Positions 10,405-19,130 of a DNA stretch of 64,000 nt are shown piece by piece; position 1 is the stretch's first letter; each line of letters opens with the position of its first letter. Origin of the DNA: Candidatus Spongiisociaceae bacterium (GTDB taxonomy: Bacteria; Actinomycetota; Acidimicrobiia; Spongiisociales; Spongiisociaceae). The stretch is taken from the NCBI GenBank assembly GCA_965262915.1, contig OZ253564.1, positions 1,152,001 to 1,216,000 on the forward strand, written 5' to 3'. A program made the translations under genes and the position numbers. The notes below the pieces were generated by a model. The model was not told the origin of the DNA. It searched no databases and saw only the letters and a program-made list of their open reading frames with translations.

Positions 10405-11202
10405 CTACCAGAAGGCGATCCCGCCGTTGAGATCGAATACCTGCCCGACCGATGAACCGGCGTCCGATGACGCGAGGAAGGCGACCATACCGGCCACCTC
10501 CTCCGGTGTCTGGTAGCGGCCGAGCGGGATGAGGTCACGGAACCGTTCCCGTACCGCTGTGAACGACTCGCCGCTCCGCTCGGAGATGTCGGCCTGAAGG
10601 GAACGGACCATCTCCGTGTCGACGATCCCCGGGAACACCGCGTTCATCAGGACGCCGTGGGGTGCGAGTTCCAGGGCCATCTGCTTGACCAGTCCCATCG
10701 CGGCGTGTTTGCTGGCCACGTAGGCCGCGGCAGGTGTGCTCCCCGACGACGGAAGGCGCCCGGCCGTGGAGACGATGGTGACTATCCGACCGCCCCGGCC
10801 CTGATCGATCATCCGGGATGCGGCGACCTGCGAGCAGAACAGGACCCCCTTGGCGTTGACGGACATGTGCCGGTCCCATTCCTTCTCCGTAACCTCGATC
10901 GCAGACGCCAGCGCCAGGACGCCGGCGTTGTTCACCATGATGTCGAGCCGTCCGAAGGCGCCGGTTGCCTGCTCGACGGCCGCCACGACCTGAGCTCTGT
11001 CCGAGACATCCACAACTGTCGGGATGGACCGTCCGCCCACGGACAGCACCTCTTCGGAAACCGAGCGGGCTGCTTCCCCATCGATGTCGGACGTGACAAC
11101 CGTCGCTCCCTCCCGCGCCAACCGCAGCGCGATCGCGCGGCCGATGCCACGCCCGGCTCCCGTGACGATCGCTACCTGGCCCTCGAGTTCATAGCGGGGC
11201 AC
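10405..11202 (-). CDS. SDR family oxidoreductase
   Basis: [23 protein letters not shown]. Confidence 0.93.
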   Translation of the reverse strand: MPRYELEGQVAIVTGAGRGIGRAIALRLAREGATVVTSDIDGEAARSVSEEVLSVGGRSIPTVVDVSDRAQVVAAVEQATGAFGRLDIMVNNAGVLALASAIEVTEKEWDRHMSVNAKGVLFCSQVAASRMIDQGRGGRIVTIVSTAGRLPSSGSTPAAAYVASKHAAMGLVKQMALELAPHGVLMNAVFPGIVDTEMVRSLQADISERSGESFTAVRERFRDLIPLGRYQTPEEVAGMVAFLASSDAGSSVGQVFDLNGGIAFW

Positions 11203-11327
11203 GAGAACTCCTCTCCATCCGGAGTCCTATATGGCACATCGCCGGCGGGAGTAGCGGCGACCGCGGGTCAGGTGATTCGAACGTGGCGGCCTTGGGATAG
11301 GACGGCAGGGCAACCGGGCGGTCTCCT

Positions 11328-11612
11328 CTAGAGGTTCTCCAGGAACTCGACCTCTCGGTTCTCCAGGAGGGGCCGGAGCACTGCGATGGCCACTTCGGCG
11401 AAGTGGTCGGAGGCGATGTGGGCATCGATGGCAGCCCGGTCGTCGTACTGCTCCACGAGGATGAACAGGCGGCGATTGTCGATGCCCCGGTATACGTCGA
11501 AGGCGATGCATCCCGGTTCGGTGAGCACCATGGTTACGTAGCCGCGCAGGGCCTCCGCCAACTTCTCCTCGTTTCCGGGGGCCGCAACGTAGGTGGCCTG
11601 GATGATCATCAT
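11328..11612 (-). CDS. Antibiotic biosynthesis monooxygenase (ABM/YgiN-like) protein
   Basis: EPGCIAFDVYR, FILVEQY..AAIDAHIASDHF. Confidence 0.88.
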   Translation of the reverse strand: MMIIQATYVAAPGNEEKLAEALRGYVTMVLTEPGCIAFDVYRGIDNRRLFILVEQYDDRAAIDAHIASDHFAEVAIAVLRPLLENREVEFLENL

Positions 11613-11653
11613 ATCTTGTTCCTTTCGATCGCGTCTCTAGGGGGACCGCAGGG

Positions 11654-11980
11654 TCACATCGATGCAAACCCGATCGAGCGGAGTTGCTGCCGGCCTTCCT
11701 CGGAGACCTGATCGGGTGTCCAAGGTGGATCGAACACCCAACTGACCTCGAAGTCCTCGATCACACCCTGGCCGACCAACTCGTTGCGCATCTGGTCCTC
11801 GATGACCGACGTCAGCGGGCAGAAGGGGTTGGTGAGGGTCACGTCCAACGAAGCCTGCAGGCCGTCCACCTGCACCTCGCGCACGAAACCGAGGTCGACG
11901 ATGTTGACGCCGAGATCCGGATCGATGACCTTGCGGAGCGATTCGATGATCTGGCTCTCGATGCCGGTGGGAGCATCCAT
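11654..11980 (-). CDS. DUF59/SufT/PaaD-like metal-cluster assembly factor
   Basis: VIDPDLGVNIVDLG, LTNPFCPL, VFDPPWTP. Confidence 0.92.
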   Translation of the reverse strand: MDAPTGIESQIIESLRKVIDPDLGVNIVDLGFVREVQVDGLQASLDVTLTNPFCPLTSVIEDQMRNELVGQGVIEDFEVSWVFDPPWTPDQVSEEGRQQLRSIGFASM

Positions 11981-12429
11981 CAGGTCACCTTCCTTTCGTC
12001 GGTGTTGGGTCTGCTGTCGGAACCGTGGTCTTTCTCGGATCGATCTCCGGCTTCTTCGGTGGTCAGGTTCCGCCAGGTGACCACCCGGAGCCGTATCTCC
12101 ACGCGGGTGGTTCGGGTGGTGATCCAGTCGGCGATGCCATGGGCCATCCGGCGGAGGCGGGTAATCACGTCTCCGTCACCGACGGTCCAGGAGCCGACCA
12201 CCATCTCATCGCTCCGGATGCCGAACCGGGCCGCCTCGGCGACGCCCTGTTCGAGTACACGGGCCAGGGGCGCCGACACGGTTCCGGCTCGGAACTTGAG
12301 AGCCTGGTGAGCCTCGTCGGCGGGCATGCCTTCGAGCCGGGCAAGGATACGCCTGGCCTCGTCCTGTTCGATGCGAGCGTTGGTCTGGCAGGCCGTAACG
12401 CTCGGTTCCGGAAGCCGGGATTCGCTCAT
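11980..12429 (-). CDS. Divergent ribosomal protein uL22 paralogue
   Basis: Near-ungapped alignment by eye to uL22 over ~105 aa: AR..R.......G.....A...LKF, VLEQGVAEA, VGDG....RLRRMAHGIADWITTRTT (cf. VDEG....RIMPRAKGRADRILKRTS). Confidence 0.82.
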   Translation of the reverse strand: MSESRLPEPSVTACQTNARIEQDEARRILARLEGMPADEAHQALKFRAGTVSAPLARVLEQGVAEAARFGIRSDEMVVGSWTVGDGDVITRLRRMAHGIADWITTRTTRVEIRLRVVTWRNLTTEEAGDRSEKDHGSDSRPNTDERKVT

Positions 12430-13670
12430 CGCTTTCTCCTGGGCCTGCCGACCCGGCGCAGGTCGGTGGAGAGGTCTTCGATCTGGGCGGCGGTGACCGG
12501 CGTACCCGCTCTCATGAGCTTGCGGGTGGCGAAAATGTCGCGAGGCCTGCCGATGGTCAGCACGGCCTCGATCTTATTCGTATCGTCGTGGTCGCCGGAC
12601 AGTTGGAAGGCGGAGAAGGACCGCTCCCCGATGGACCCGCGGATCACATGCGGAGCGTCGGGATCGAAATGACCGAGAGACTGGATGGTCAGGTCGTACT
12701 GATCCGACCAGAACCAGTGGGGGGCACCGTCCACGGCGTCCTGGCCAACAATGTTGCGGGCCACCACAGCCCCCTGCCTCATGGCGTTGTCATGGTGCTC
12801 GACTCTCAGGTAGCCCCCACCGGACTGCTGCCCGGAGGCCACATCTCCGGCTGCATACACGTCGGGTACCGATGTCCGGCAGTGCCGATCCACCCGGATC
12901 CCCCCGTTCACCTCGATGGCGGTGCCGTGAGCTAGTTCGGTGTTGGGGATCATCCCCGCCGCCACCAGCATCCACTCGCACTCGAGTTCGCCTCGGTCCG
13001 TGGTGACGGCCAACCCGTCGGCGGTCTCCACCACGCTCGTTACCCGCTCTCCCAGGCGTAAGGTGCAGCCCGCGTCACGGTGGATTTCGGTCATGACCCG
13101 GCCGTACCGCTCCCCCAACGGAGCCTGCAGGCATTGCGTCTCCATCTCGATGATGGTGACCTCCGCCCCCAGACCGCGGGCAGTGGCGGCCACCTCGCAT
13201 CCGATGAACCCTCCTCCGAGCACCACCGCCTGGTTGCCGCCACGCAGCCTGCGGGCCAGATCCTCGGAATCGTCCCGGGTACGCAGGTGCAGGATCCGCT
13301 CGCCTTCGAAGCCGGGCAGCCTCCGGGCCCGGCCGCCGGTGGCGATGAGAAGATGGTCATAGTGGATGGTTCCGGCCTTGTCTGTCTCGACTGCCGAGCC
13401 ATCCACATCGATCGAGGTCGCGCGGGTACCGAGAACCAGTTCGACGGCGTTGTCCCGGTACCACTCCTCGGACCGGATGGTGGCGTCGCCTGATGCCATC
13501 GACCCGGCGAGTACCTCCTTCGACAGGGGAGGACGTTCGTAGGGCGGTACGTCTTCCTCGGATACCAGGACGACGCGGCCGTCGAAACCCAGATGTCTCA
13601 GGTTCGACGCGGCCGCGGCCGAGGCTGTACCGCCGCCCAGGAGCATGACGGTCTCGGAGAGACCCGCCAT
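12426..13670 (-). CDS. Glutathione-reductase-type NAD(P)H:ferredoxin reductase
   Basis: PYERPPLSK, LIATGG, GGGFIGCE, VYAAGD, WFWSDQYD. Confidence 0.93.
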   Translation of the reverse strand: MAGLSETVMLLGGGTASAAAASNLRHLGFDGRVVLVSEEDVPPYERPPLSKEVLAGSMASGDATIRSEEWYRDNAVELVLGTRATSIDVDGSAVETDKAGTIHYDHLLIATGGRARRLPGFEGERILHLRTRDDSEDLARRLRGGNQAVVLGGGFIGCEVAATARGLGAEVTIIEMETQCLQAPLGERYGRVMTEIHRDAGCTLRLGERVTSVVETADGLAVTTDRGELECEWMLVAAGMIPNTELAHGTAIEVNGGIRVDRHCRTSVPDVYAAGDVASGQQSGGGYLRVEHHDNAMRQGAVVARNIVGQDAVDGAPHWFWSDQYDLTIQSLGHFDPDAPHVIRGSIGERSFSAFQLSGDHDDTNKIEAVLTIGRPRDIFATRKLMRAGTPVTAAQIEDLSTDLRRVGRPRRKR

Positions 13671-13671
13671 G

Positions 13672-13992
13672 TCAGCCGGGCGGCGCTACACAGATGACGC
13701 CTCCCTCAACCTTGCAGGGAATGGAGAAGAGGGCCGAGTCCGCGGGGTTGATGCCTTTGCCGGTGACGGCGTTGAACTCCCACAGGTGGTTGACGCACGT
13801 CAGTACCTCGCCGTCCAGATCCCCGTCATGGAGAGGCCATGCCTGATGGGGACAGCGGTCCCGGTAGGCGCGTACCTCCCCGTCCACGTTGACGATGACG
13901 ACCTTCGTGCCGCCGGCATCGACCCCTTCGATGTCGCCTTCCCAGAGGTCATCGAGGTCCATTACCTCCAGCCACCGGGCTGCGTCGCTCAT
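13672..13992 (-). CDS. tmoC: Rieske [2Fe-2S] ferredoxin (TmoC-like)
   Basis: CPHQ...CVNHLWEFNAVTGKGINP. Confidence 0.92.
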   Translation of the reverse strand: MSDAARWLEVMDLDDLWEGDIEGVDAGGTKVVIVNVDGEVRAYRDRCPHQAWPLHDGDLDGEVLTCVNHLWEFNAVTGKGINPADSALFSIPCKVEGGVICVAPPG

Positions 13993-13995
13993 CCG

Positions 13996-14066
13996 AGTGG
14001 TCTGTCTGTGAAGGGCCGTCGCTGGCAAGCAGGCCGCAGCGAATCACTTTGCGGACAGACCACTAG
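13996..14066. mobile_element. Family B MITE (short form) between beta-subunit stop and ferredoxin start
   Basis: Inverted ends AGTGGTCTGTCTGTGAA / TTTGCGGACAGACCACT, CTAG on the right; similar to 45070-45141. Confidence 0.78.
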
Positions 14067-15091
14067 CCGACGGATTGGAGGGCGCCAAGCCCGGCATCGG
14101 CGAGAAGTTGCTCCCGTGCTGCCTTGGCCTCCCCAGCCACCGCTTCGGCACTGACATCTCCGGCCGGGGCCTGGGCGAGTATCCCACCCAGCGCCAGCGC
14201 AGCGGCGTCTGCGCGCGGTGCCCATTTCGCGATCCATCGCTCGAAGGCCGGGACGTTCTCCGGCCGCCCCTCTACCGCCAGGCTCCCCACGGCCGCCGAC
14301 CACCTGGCCCTCCGAGCCGAGTCCTCGTGCAGGTTCTGGCACAGCAGCCACGTGAGGTCGTCACCGTTGGCGCGGGCTGCCTCTCCCAACGCCCGGTTGA
14401 GGACGTCGTCGAGTGTCGGAGCTATCACCAGGTTGGCGGCGGTTATAGCCTCGCCCCAGTCGTAGGCGATCAGCGCCCGCTCGAGAAGTTCTCGTGTCGG
14501 TTGCCATCCCTCGTGGTTCTCCCAGACATCCCGCTCGCCAGTGGCGAAACCCGCGTCCGGGTAGCCCAACTGCAGCTCCCGCGTACGGATCGATACCACC
14601 GTCACCCGCCGGAGCTGGTCTGCCGCCGCCAAGGCTGCCGCATTGGTGATGTACGCCGTGGGCGACATGTGTGCCACGTAGGCCTGCAACATCTGAATGG
14701 CATGGGCCGGGTATCGGATCGGTGTGTAGAAAGTCCGGAGTATCTCCACCCATTCGGGGGAGAGGGACCGGTCGTGGCCTATGCTCGCATAGCTGTCCAG
14801 CAGACCGGCGACCTTCGTCTCCTGGGCCGCCTGCTTGGCCACATAGGCCCGGTACGTCAGCTGGTCCGGATCCCTGAACACTTCCCAGTCGTCGAGTTGG
14901 ATCGGCGAGTTGTCACGATAGGCCAGGAACCACAGGTTGCCCGGTGAGGAGGGGTTCTGCTCCAACGGCGCCAGCCGGCCCTTTCGCATCGTGTAGTTGG
15001 CGGCGTGGGTGCCGATCTCGTACTCGGTGGGCCTGCGGCGGATATCGCCGAACTCGCTCCAAGTGCGTAGCTTCCGCTTCTTGGCGCTCAT
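14063..15091 (-). CDS. tmoE: Soluble di-iron monooxygenase hydroxylase beta subunit (TmoE-like)
   Basis: RRRPTEYEI, FRDPDQLTYRAY, AYDWGEA, position in cluster. Confidence 0.93.
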   Translation of the reverse strand: MSAKKRKLRTWSEFGDIRRRPTEYEIGTHAANYTMRKGRLAPLEQNPSSPGNLWFLAYRDNSPIQLDDWEVFRDPDQLTYRAYVAKQAAQETKVAGLLDSYASIGHDRSLSPEWVEILRTFYTPIRYPAHAIQMLQAYVAHMSPTAYITNAAALAAADQLRRVTVVSIRTRELQLGYPDAGFATGERDVWENHEGWQPTRELLERALIAYDWGEAITAANLVIAPTLDDVLNRALGEAARANGDDLTWLLCQNLHEDSARRARWSAAVGSLAVEGRPENVPAFERWIAKWAPRADAAALALGGILAQAPAGDVSAEAVAGEAKAAREQLLADAGLGALQSVG

Positions 15092-15393
15092 GATGTCACC
15101 TCCTCCTCGGTCGCACCGCCCAGGGACCAGCTCGTCTGGTCGCTGCGGGAAGTGTTGATACGGCCGGCGTTGGCGGTCAACAGGGTCTCCAGCGACCGCA
15201 GTTGGTAGTCGGGTCCGAGATACCGCTTGAGCGAACTGGCCGTCAGCTTCAGGAACGAGGAGGCCTGGATGCGCACGTAGGCACCCCGATCGATCACCTC
15301 GATCTCGCGGCCCGGATTGTCGTCCTCGATGGCGCTGATGATCTCTTCGATCGTGTCGCTCATCCGCAGGATCGGTCCTACCGGATTCTCCAT
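15088..15393 (-). CDS. tmoD: Monooxygenase coupling/effector protein (TmoD, MmoB/DmpM family)
   Basis: VGPILR, EDDNPGREIEVIDRGAYVRI, AGRI. Confidence 0.93.
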   Translation of the reverse strand: MENPVGPILRMSDTIEEIISAIEDDNPGREIEVIDRGAYVRIQASSFLKLTASSLKRYLGPDYQLRSLETLLTANAGRINTSRSDQTSWSLGGATEEEVTS

Positions 15394-15403
15394 ACGGACC
15401 CTC

Positions 15404-15679
15404 CTACTCTTCCCAGTCCACACGGATGTGGTCGAGGGGGGCGATCCCCGCCTCGACCACCGTCACGTCGTCGGGCAGTATCCGGTTGTTGTGAATCACC
15501 AGCTTGGGCAAGCCGCGGTCCCGCACCCGGACTCCCACCGTATGGTGGGCGACCGCCTCTGCCACCTCCGCGATGGTGTTGTTGGACATCACCGGGACGA
15601 GAATCTCCACGAAGTCGTCGGCGAAGATGGCGTTCAGCGGGACGAGCTGGGGTTCGGCGGCGCCGCCGTTGTCGCTCAT
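15404..15679 (-). CDS. tmoB: Hydroxylase gamma subunit (TmoB-like)
   Basis: PLNAIFADDFV..LVPV....TIAEVAEAVAHHTVGVRV, TVVEAGIAPLD. Confidence 0.92.
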   Translation of the reverse strand: MSDNGGAAEPQLVPLNAIFADDFVEILVPVMSNNTIAEVAEAVAHHTVGVRVRDRGLPKLVIHNNRILPDDVTVVEAGIAPLDHIRVDWEE

Positions 15680-17184
15680 CCACCCACCCCCGCGCCAACG
15701 GGTTCGGTTCGCGCGTAGGCCTCGGTCCAGTCGTAGCCGCCGGCGTCGTCACCCATCACATCGGGGGTGAGACCCATGTAACCCAGGATGCCGGGGACGT
15801 CCATCGGCTGGATCTGGCCGGCGAGGAAGCGCTCCACCACCGTCTTGTTGTTGAGAGCGTCGCGATCCTCCCACCAGATCTGGCGGCAGGTCCTGGTGCA
15901 GAAGTGGTAGCGCACCCCGTTGTGCTTGAGCGAGTGGTTGCGGACCCGCCACTTGCCGTCCCGTCCGTAGGTGGCGTTACAGGTCGGAAGGTGGCAATAG
16001 TTGCACAGCCAAGGGAGAGTCTCAGGTAGGGCTCGGTGCATATTGCCGGCGTTGATGTTCTCCGCCAACACCTTCCACTTGTCACCGTAGAGGAGATCCC
16101 AGTTGGGGTACTTCTCGATGAGCCACTCGCGGGATTCGGGGCTGACCCCGACCGGCTTCCACCACAGGGTCGGGCGCCAGAACCACTCGCCCATCTGCAG
16201 CGAGTGATGCCATACGTCGAGACCCGCGATGAACTCGTCCCAGTACCAGGGGCGCTTCAGGCCGTAGTCCTGGATGGTGCGGACGAACTGATCGATGATC
16301 CACTCCTCCATGAACTCCCGGTAGCTCTGCTTGCGGTGCTCGACCGGCGTGTTGTAGTCCATCGACGGTCCGGTCAGGGCGGAGAAGGCCCGGGCCGAGA
16401 GCCAGAAGAACTTGTCCACTGTCCACTGGGCTCGTACCGGATCGTGCTCGACCAGGACCTCCAACGTGGGTCCGCCCTGCTGGGAGTGCCGGGCCTCGTC
16501 GGTCTGGATCGAGGAGATCAGGTTGGCGAATGCCACGTCGCCGGCTTCGAGGGCATCGGCGGCCAGGGCCACGAACTGGATGTTGGTGAAGCCCGTCTCG
16601 AACGCGAACGGGAGCTGGATGGCGATATCCACCACGCTGCCGCCGATCATCATGTTGTCGATCAGCGCCCGCAACGCGATGCTCACCCAGTCGTTGGTCA
16701 GCAATGCCCGGTGAGCCCAGTCGAACTGGGGATCGCGTTCCACCAGCTCGTGCGCGAACGTAAGGCTGAGCTGGCCGTGGCGGATCTCGTCGAGGGTGCC
16801 CATGACCGCCATGTTGCGCCAAGCGGGGCTCAGGCCGAAGCGGGCCATTCGGCTCTCCCCGTACACGGCGCCGTACTCGACTAGGGCGATCCCGCCGAGA
16901 TGCATCTTGACCGACGACCTCCACGCCTCGTCCAGCATGTCGTACTGGTTCGACCGGTGCAGGGCGGCCTTCACTGCGTAGGCGGCGGTCTCCTTCTCGT
17001 TCTGGGTGGCTACGTATTCAGGGTAGGCGACCTTGTAGCTCTCCTCCCAGGCCGACCAAGCCTCACGAGGAACCTTGCCCGATCCGCTCAACCAGTCAGG
17101 GAAGACGGCCTCGTCGTCCACGTAGCCCAGCGTCCAGTCGACATCCCGGACGATCCCTTGCCATTCCTCACGTTTGAGAGTCAT
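15676..17184 (-). CDS. tmoA: Soluble di-iron monooxygenase hydroxylase alpha subunit (TmoA/IsoA/XamoA group)
   Basis: Di-iron ligands VEYGA, DEIRH, FETGFTN, DEARH; WFWRPTLWW; C-terminal CNYC...HFCTRTC; RBS GAGGAAGGA before ATG 17184. Confidence 0.95.
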   Translation of the reverse strand: MTLKREEWQGIVRDVDWTLGYVDDEAVFPDWLSGSGKVPREAWSAWEESYKVAYPEYVATQNEKETAAYAVKAALHRSNQYDMLDEAWRSSVKMHLGGIALVEYGAVYGESRMARFGLSPAWRNMAVMGTLDEIRHGQLSLTFAHELVERDPQFDWAHRALLTNDWVSIALRALIDNMMIGGSVVDIAIQLPFAFETGFTNIQFVALAADALEAGDVAFANLISSIQTDEARHSQQGGPTLEVLVEHDPVRAQWTVDKFFWLSARAFSALTGPSMDYNTPVEHRKQSYREFMEEWIIDQFVRTIQDYGLKRPWYWDEFIAGLDVWHHSLQMGEWFWRPTLWWKPVGVSPESREWLIEKYPNWDLLYGDKWKVLAENINAGNMHRALPETLPWLCNYCHLPTCNATYGRDGKWRVRNHSLKHNGVRYHFCTRTCRQIWWEDRDALNNKTVVERFLAGQIQPMDVPGILGYMGLTPDVMGDDAGGYDWTEAYARTEPVGAGVGG

Positions 17185-17197
17185 GGTTGCTCCTTCC

Positions 17198-17662
17198 TCA
17201 GTCGACTTCCATGTGACCGAGTTGGCGGTAGATCGAGGCACTGTCCCAGTAGGCGGTCAGGCTCTCGATCCGGCCGTCGTCGTTTACATCGAATATGAAG
17301 GCGTGCGGTTCCCAGTACTTCATACCTTTGGGGGCGATCGGTCCCCACGCCTTCTCCTGGTGACCGCCGATGCTCACGACCGCCGCCACCTTTCCGTCCT
17401 CCGAGGCGGTGATCGAGTGGACCTCGTTGGACAGATCCGGGAAGGAGTTGATCAACCCTTCCCATATCGGCCGGGCCAACGTGGCGACCTTGCCGTCACC
17501 TCTGATGACCCGCTGCTTGGTCCAGATCTCGAACGGGACGTACGAGAAGTCGGCATTGTCGGTACAGAGGTCCACCATTGACAATGTGTCGTGCCGGCGG
17601 TAGGCCTCGAAGAAGGCTTCCACCGTTGCAACGGGGTCTGCCCTCGTAGCAGTTGTAGTCAC
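17198..17662 (-). CDS. NTF2/SnoaL-like protein
   Basis: VEAFFEAY..HD, SFPDL, DGRIESLTAYWD. Confidence 0.85.
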   Translation of the reverse strand: MTTTATRADPVATVEAFFEAYRRHDTLSMVDLCTDNADFSYVPFEIWTKQRVIRGDGKVATLARPIWEGLINSFPDLSNEVHSITASEDGKVAAVVSIGGHQEKAWGPIAPKGMKYWEPHAFIFDVNDDGRIESLTAYWDSASIYRQLGHMEVD

Positions 17663-17674
17663 GGATTCTCCTTC

Positions 17675-18094
17675 CTAGACGATCGACACCGCGTCGAGGC
17701 GTTTGACCGCCAGCCTGCGGTACAGGATGTTCTGATCCCAGAACCCCCGGATGGAAGTTATCCGGCCGTCGGAGACGCCCAGCATCCATACTTGGTCGAG
17801 GTCGATGTGTTTTTCCTGGTTGACGACGCCTAGATAGTCGGCGGCCTGGGTGCCCTCCATCTTCAATTCCGTGACCGCCGTACCGTCGGTTCCCATGAAG
17901 TGGTTCTTGGTGGTGAGAAGAAGATCCGGGAAGGCCGTGACCGTGGCCGCGAAGAAGCCTCTGGCCTCGTCCCTGCCACCCTTGACGTTGGCCGCCAGAA
18001 GATCGACGGTGGCGTCGGCCGAGACCAGATCCATCGCTCCGTCAACATCCCCTGCACTGATCGCGTCCCAGAAGGCGCCGGCTGTGTCGGACAT
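17675..18094 (-). CDS. SnoaL-like ester cyclase / NTF2 protein
   Basis: FWDAISAGDVD, TAFPDL, MEGTQ, DGRITSIRGFWDQ. Confidence 0.85.
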   Translation of the reverse strand: MSDTAGAFWDAISAGDVDGAMDLVSADATVDLLAANVKGGRDEARGFFAATVTAFPDLLLTTKNHFMGTDGTAVTELKMEGTQAADYLGVVNQEKHIDLDQVWMLGVSDGRITSIRGFWDQNILYRRLAVKRLDAVSIV

Positions 18095-18110
18095 CGGCAT
18101 CACCTCCCTG

Positions 18111-19130
18111 TCAGAGTATTGCGAGGCTCTTGAGCACCGCATCGGCCACCGCGTCGGCGGAGCCCGGGTTCTGGGCGGTGATCAGGTTACGGTCCACCAC
18201 GACATGGGACGACCAGGCGCTGCGCCCGTCGTCGAACACCGCCCCGGCGTTGCGGAGGGTGCTCTCTAGGTACCAGGAGAGACCATGCTGCCCGGGGCGG
18301 GTCTGGTCCTCTTCCTCGTCGGTGAACGACGTGACCCGGTAGCCGTCGAACAGCCACTGGCCGTCCAGGTTGGCGGGAGCCGACAGGAGGAAGGCGGGTC
18401 CGTGGCACACCGATGCGATGGCCGCCTGCTTCTCGTGGAGGATGCCGATCACCCTGGTCACGTCGGGGTTGTCGGACAAGTCCACCATGGGGCCATGGCC
18501 CCCGGGTACGAACACCGCGTCGAACTCCGCGATGTCCTCGTCGCTCAAGGTCGAAAGGTTGGCCGGGGAGACGAAGGCGGGTAGAGAATCGAGAGCGTCC
18601 TTGACCCGCTGCGATTCTGCGTCGCTGTCGGCGATCACCTCGGCGAGGGCGGATTCGAGGTCGGCCCGGGTGACGGACTCGGGTAGGTCCCGGGCTTCGA
18701 GTTCGTCCAGGAACTGGGTGTCGTTCCGCCATGAGGCGAAGGCAGCGCCGGATATGAGCTTGCGAGCCTCGACCGGGTGCATGCCGGTCCCCTTGAGCCG
18801 GTTGAACACCCGCAGCGCGGAGATCATGCCCAGTTCGGTCAGGTGGTGCAGGGTCAGGCGGATGTCGTCAACATCGTGCGCGAACGTCCGGGTGATGCTG
18901 TTGAGGAAGTCCTCGTCGTCATCCGGGTAGTGGAAGATCTCCTCGAGGCCGTAGGGGTCGGCGTAGGGGGAGCGGCCGTCGGGCGTGGTCACCACCACAT
19001 CAACACCCGCCTCGACAAAGCGTTCGTACGGCGTGAGCGCCTCGTCGGCGAAGTAGCCGGTCTCGTGCATGGAACCGTTGGCGAGCTGCATCTCCCGCGC
19101 GCTCGACACCAGGAACAACAATCGTGGCAT
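18111..19130 (-). CDS. DJ-1/PfpI (Hsp31-like) protein with internal insertion
   Basis: TGYFADE, FVPGGHGPMVDL, ASVCHGP, LITAQNPGS. Confidence 0.9.
   Translation of the reverse strand: MPRLLFLVSSAREMQLANGSMHETGYFADEALTPYERFVEAGVDVVVTTPDGRSPYADPYGLEEIFHYPDDDEDFLNSITRTFAHDVDDIRLTLHHLTELGMISALRVFNRLKGTGMHPVEARKLISGAAFASWRNDTQFLDELEARDLPESVTRADLESALAEVIADSDAESQRVKDALDSLPAFVSPANLSTLSDEDIAEFDAVFVPGGHGPMVDLSDNPDVTRVIGILHEKQAAIASVCHGPAFLLSAPANLDGQWLFDGYRVTSFTDEEEDQTRPGQHGLSWYLESTLRNAGAVFDDGRSAWSSHVVVDRNLITAQNPGSADAVADAVLKSLAIL

Noticed and set aside
15676-17184. Calling the enzyme methane, propane or isoprene monooxygenase
   Set aside because: TmoB-type gamma and Rieske components exclude sMMO/propane types; no glutathione-pathway iso genes are visible; substrate cannot be assigned
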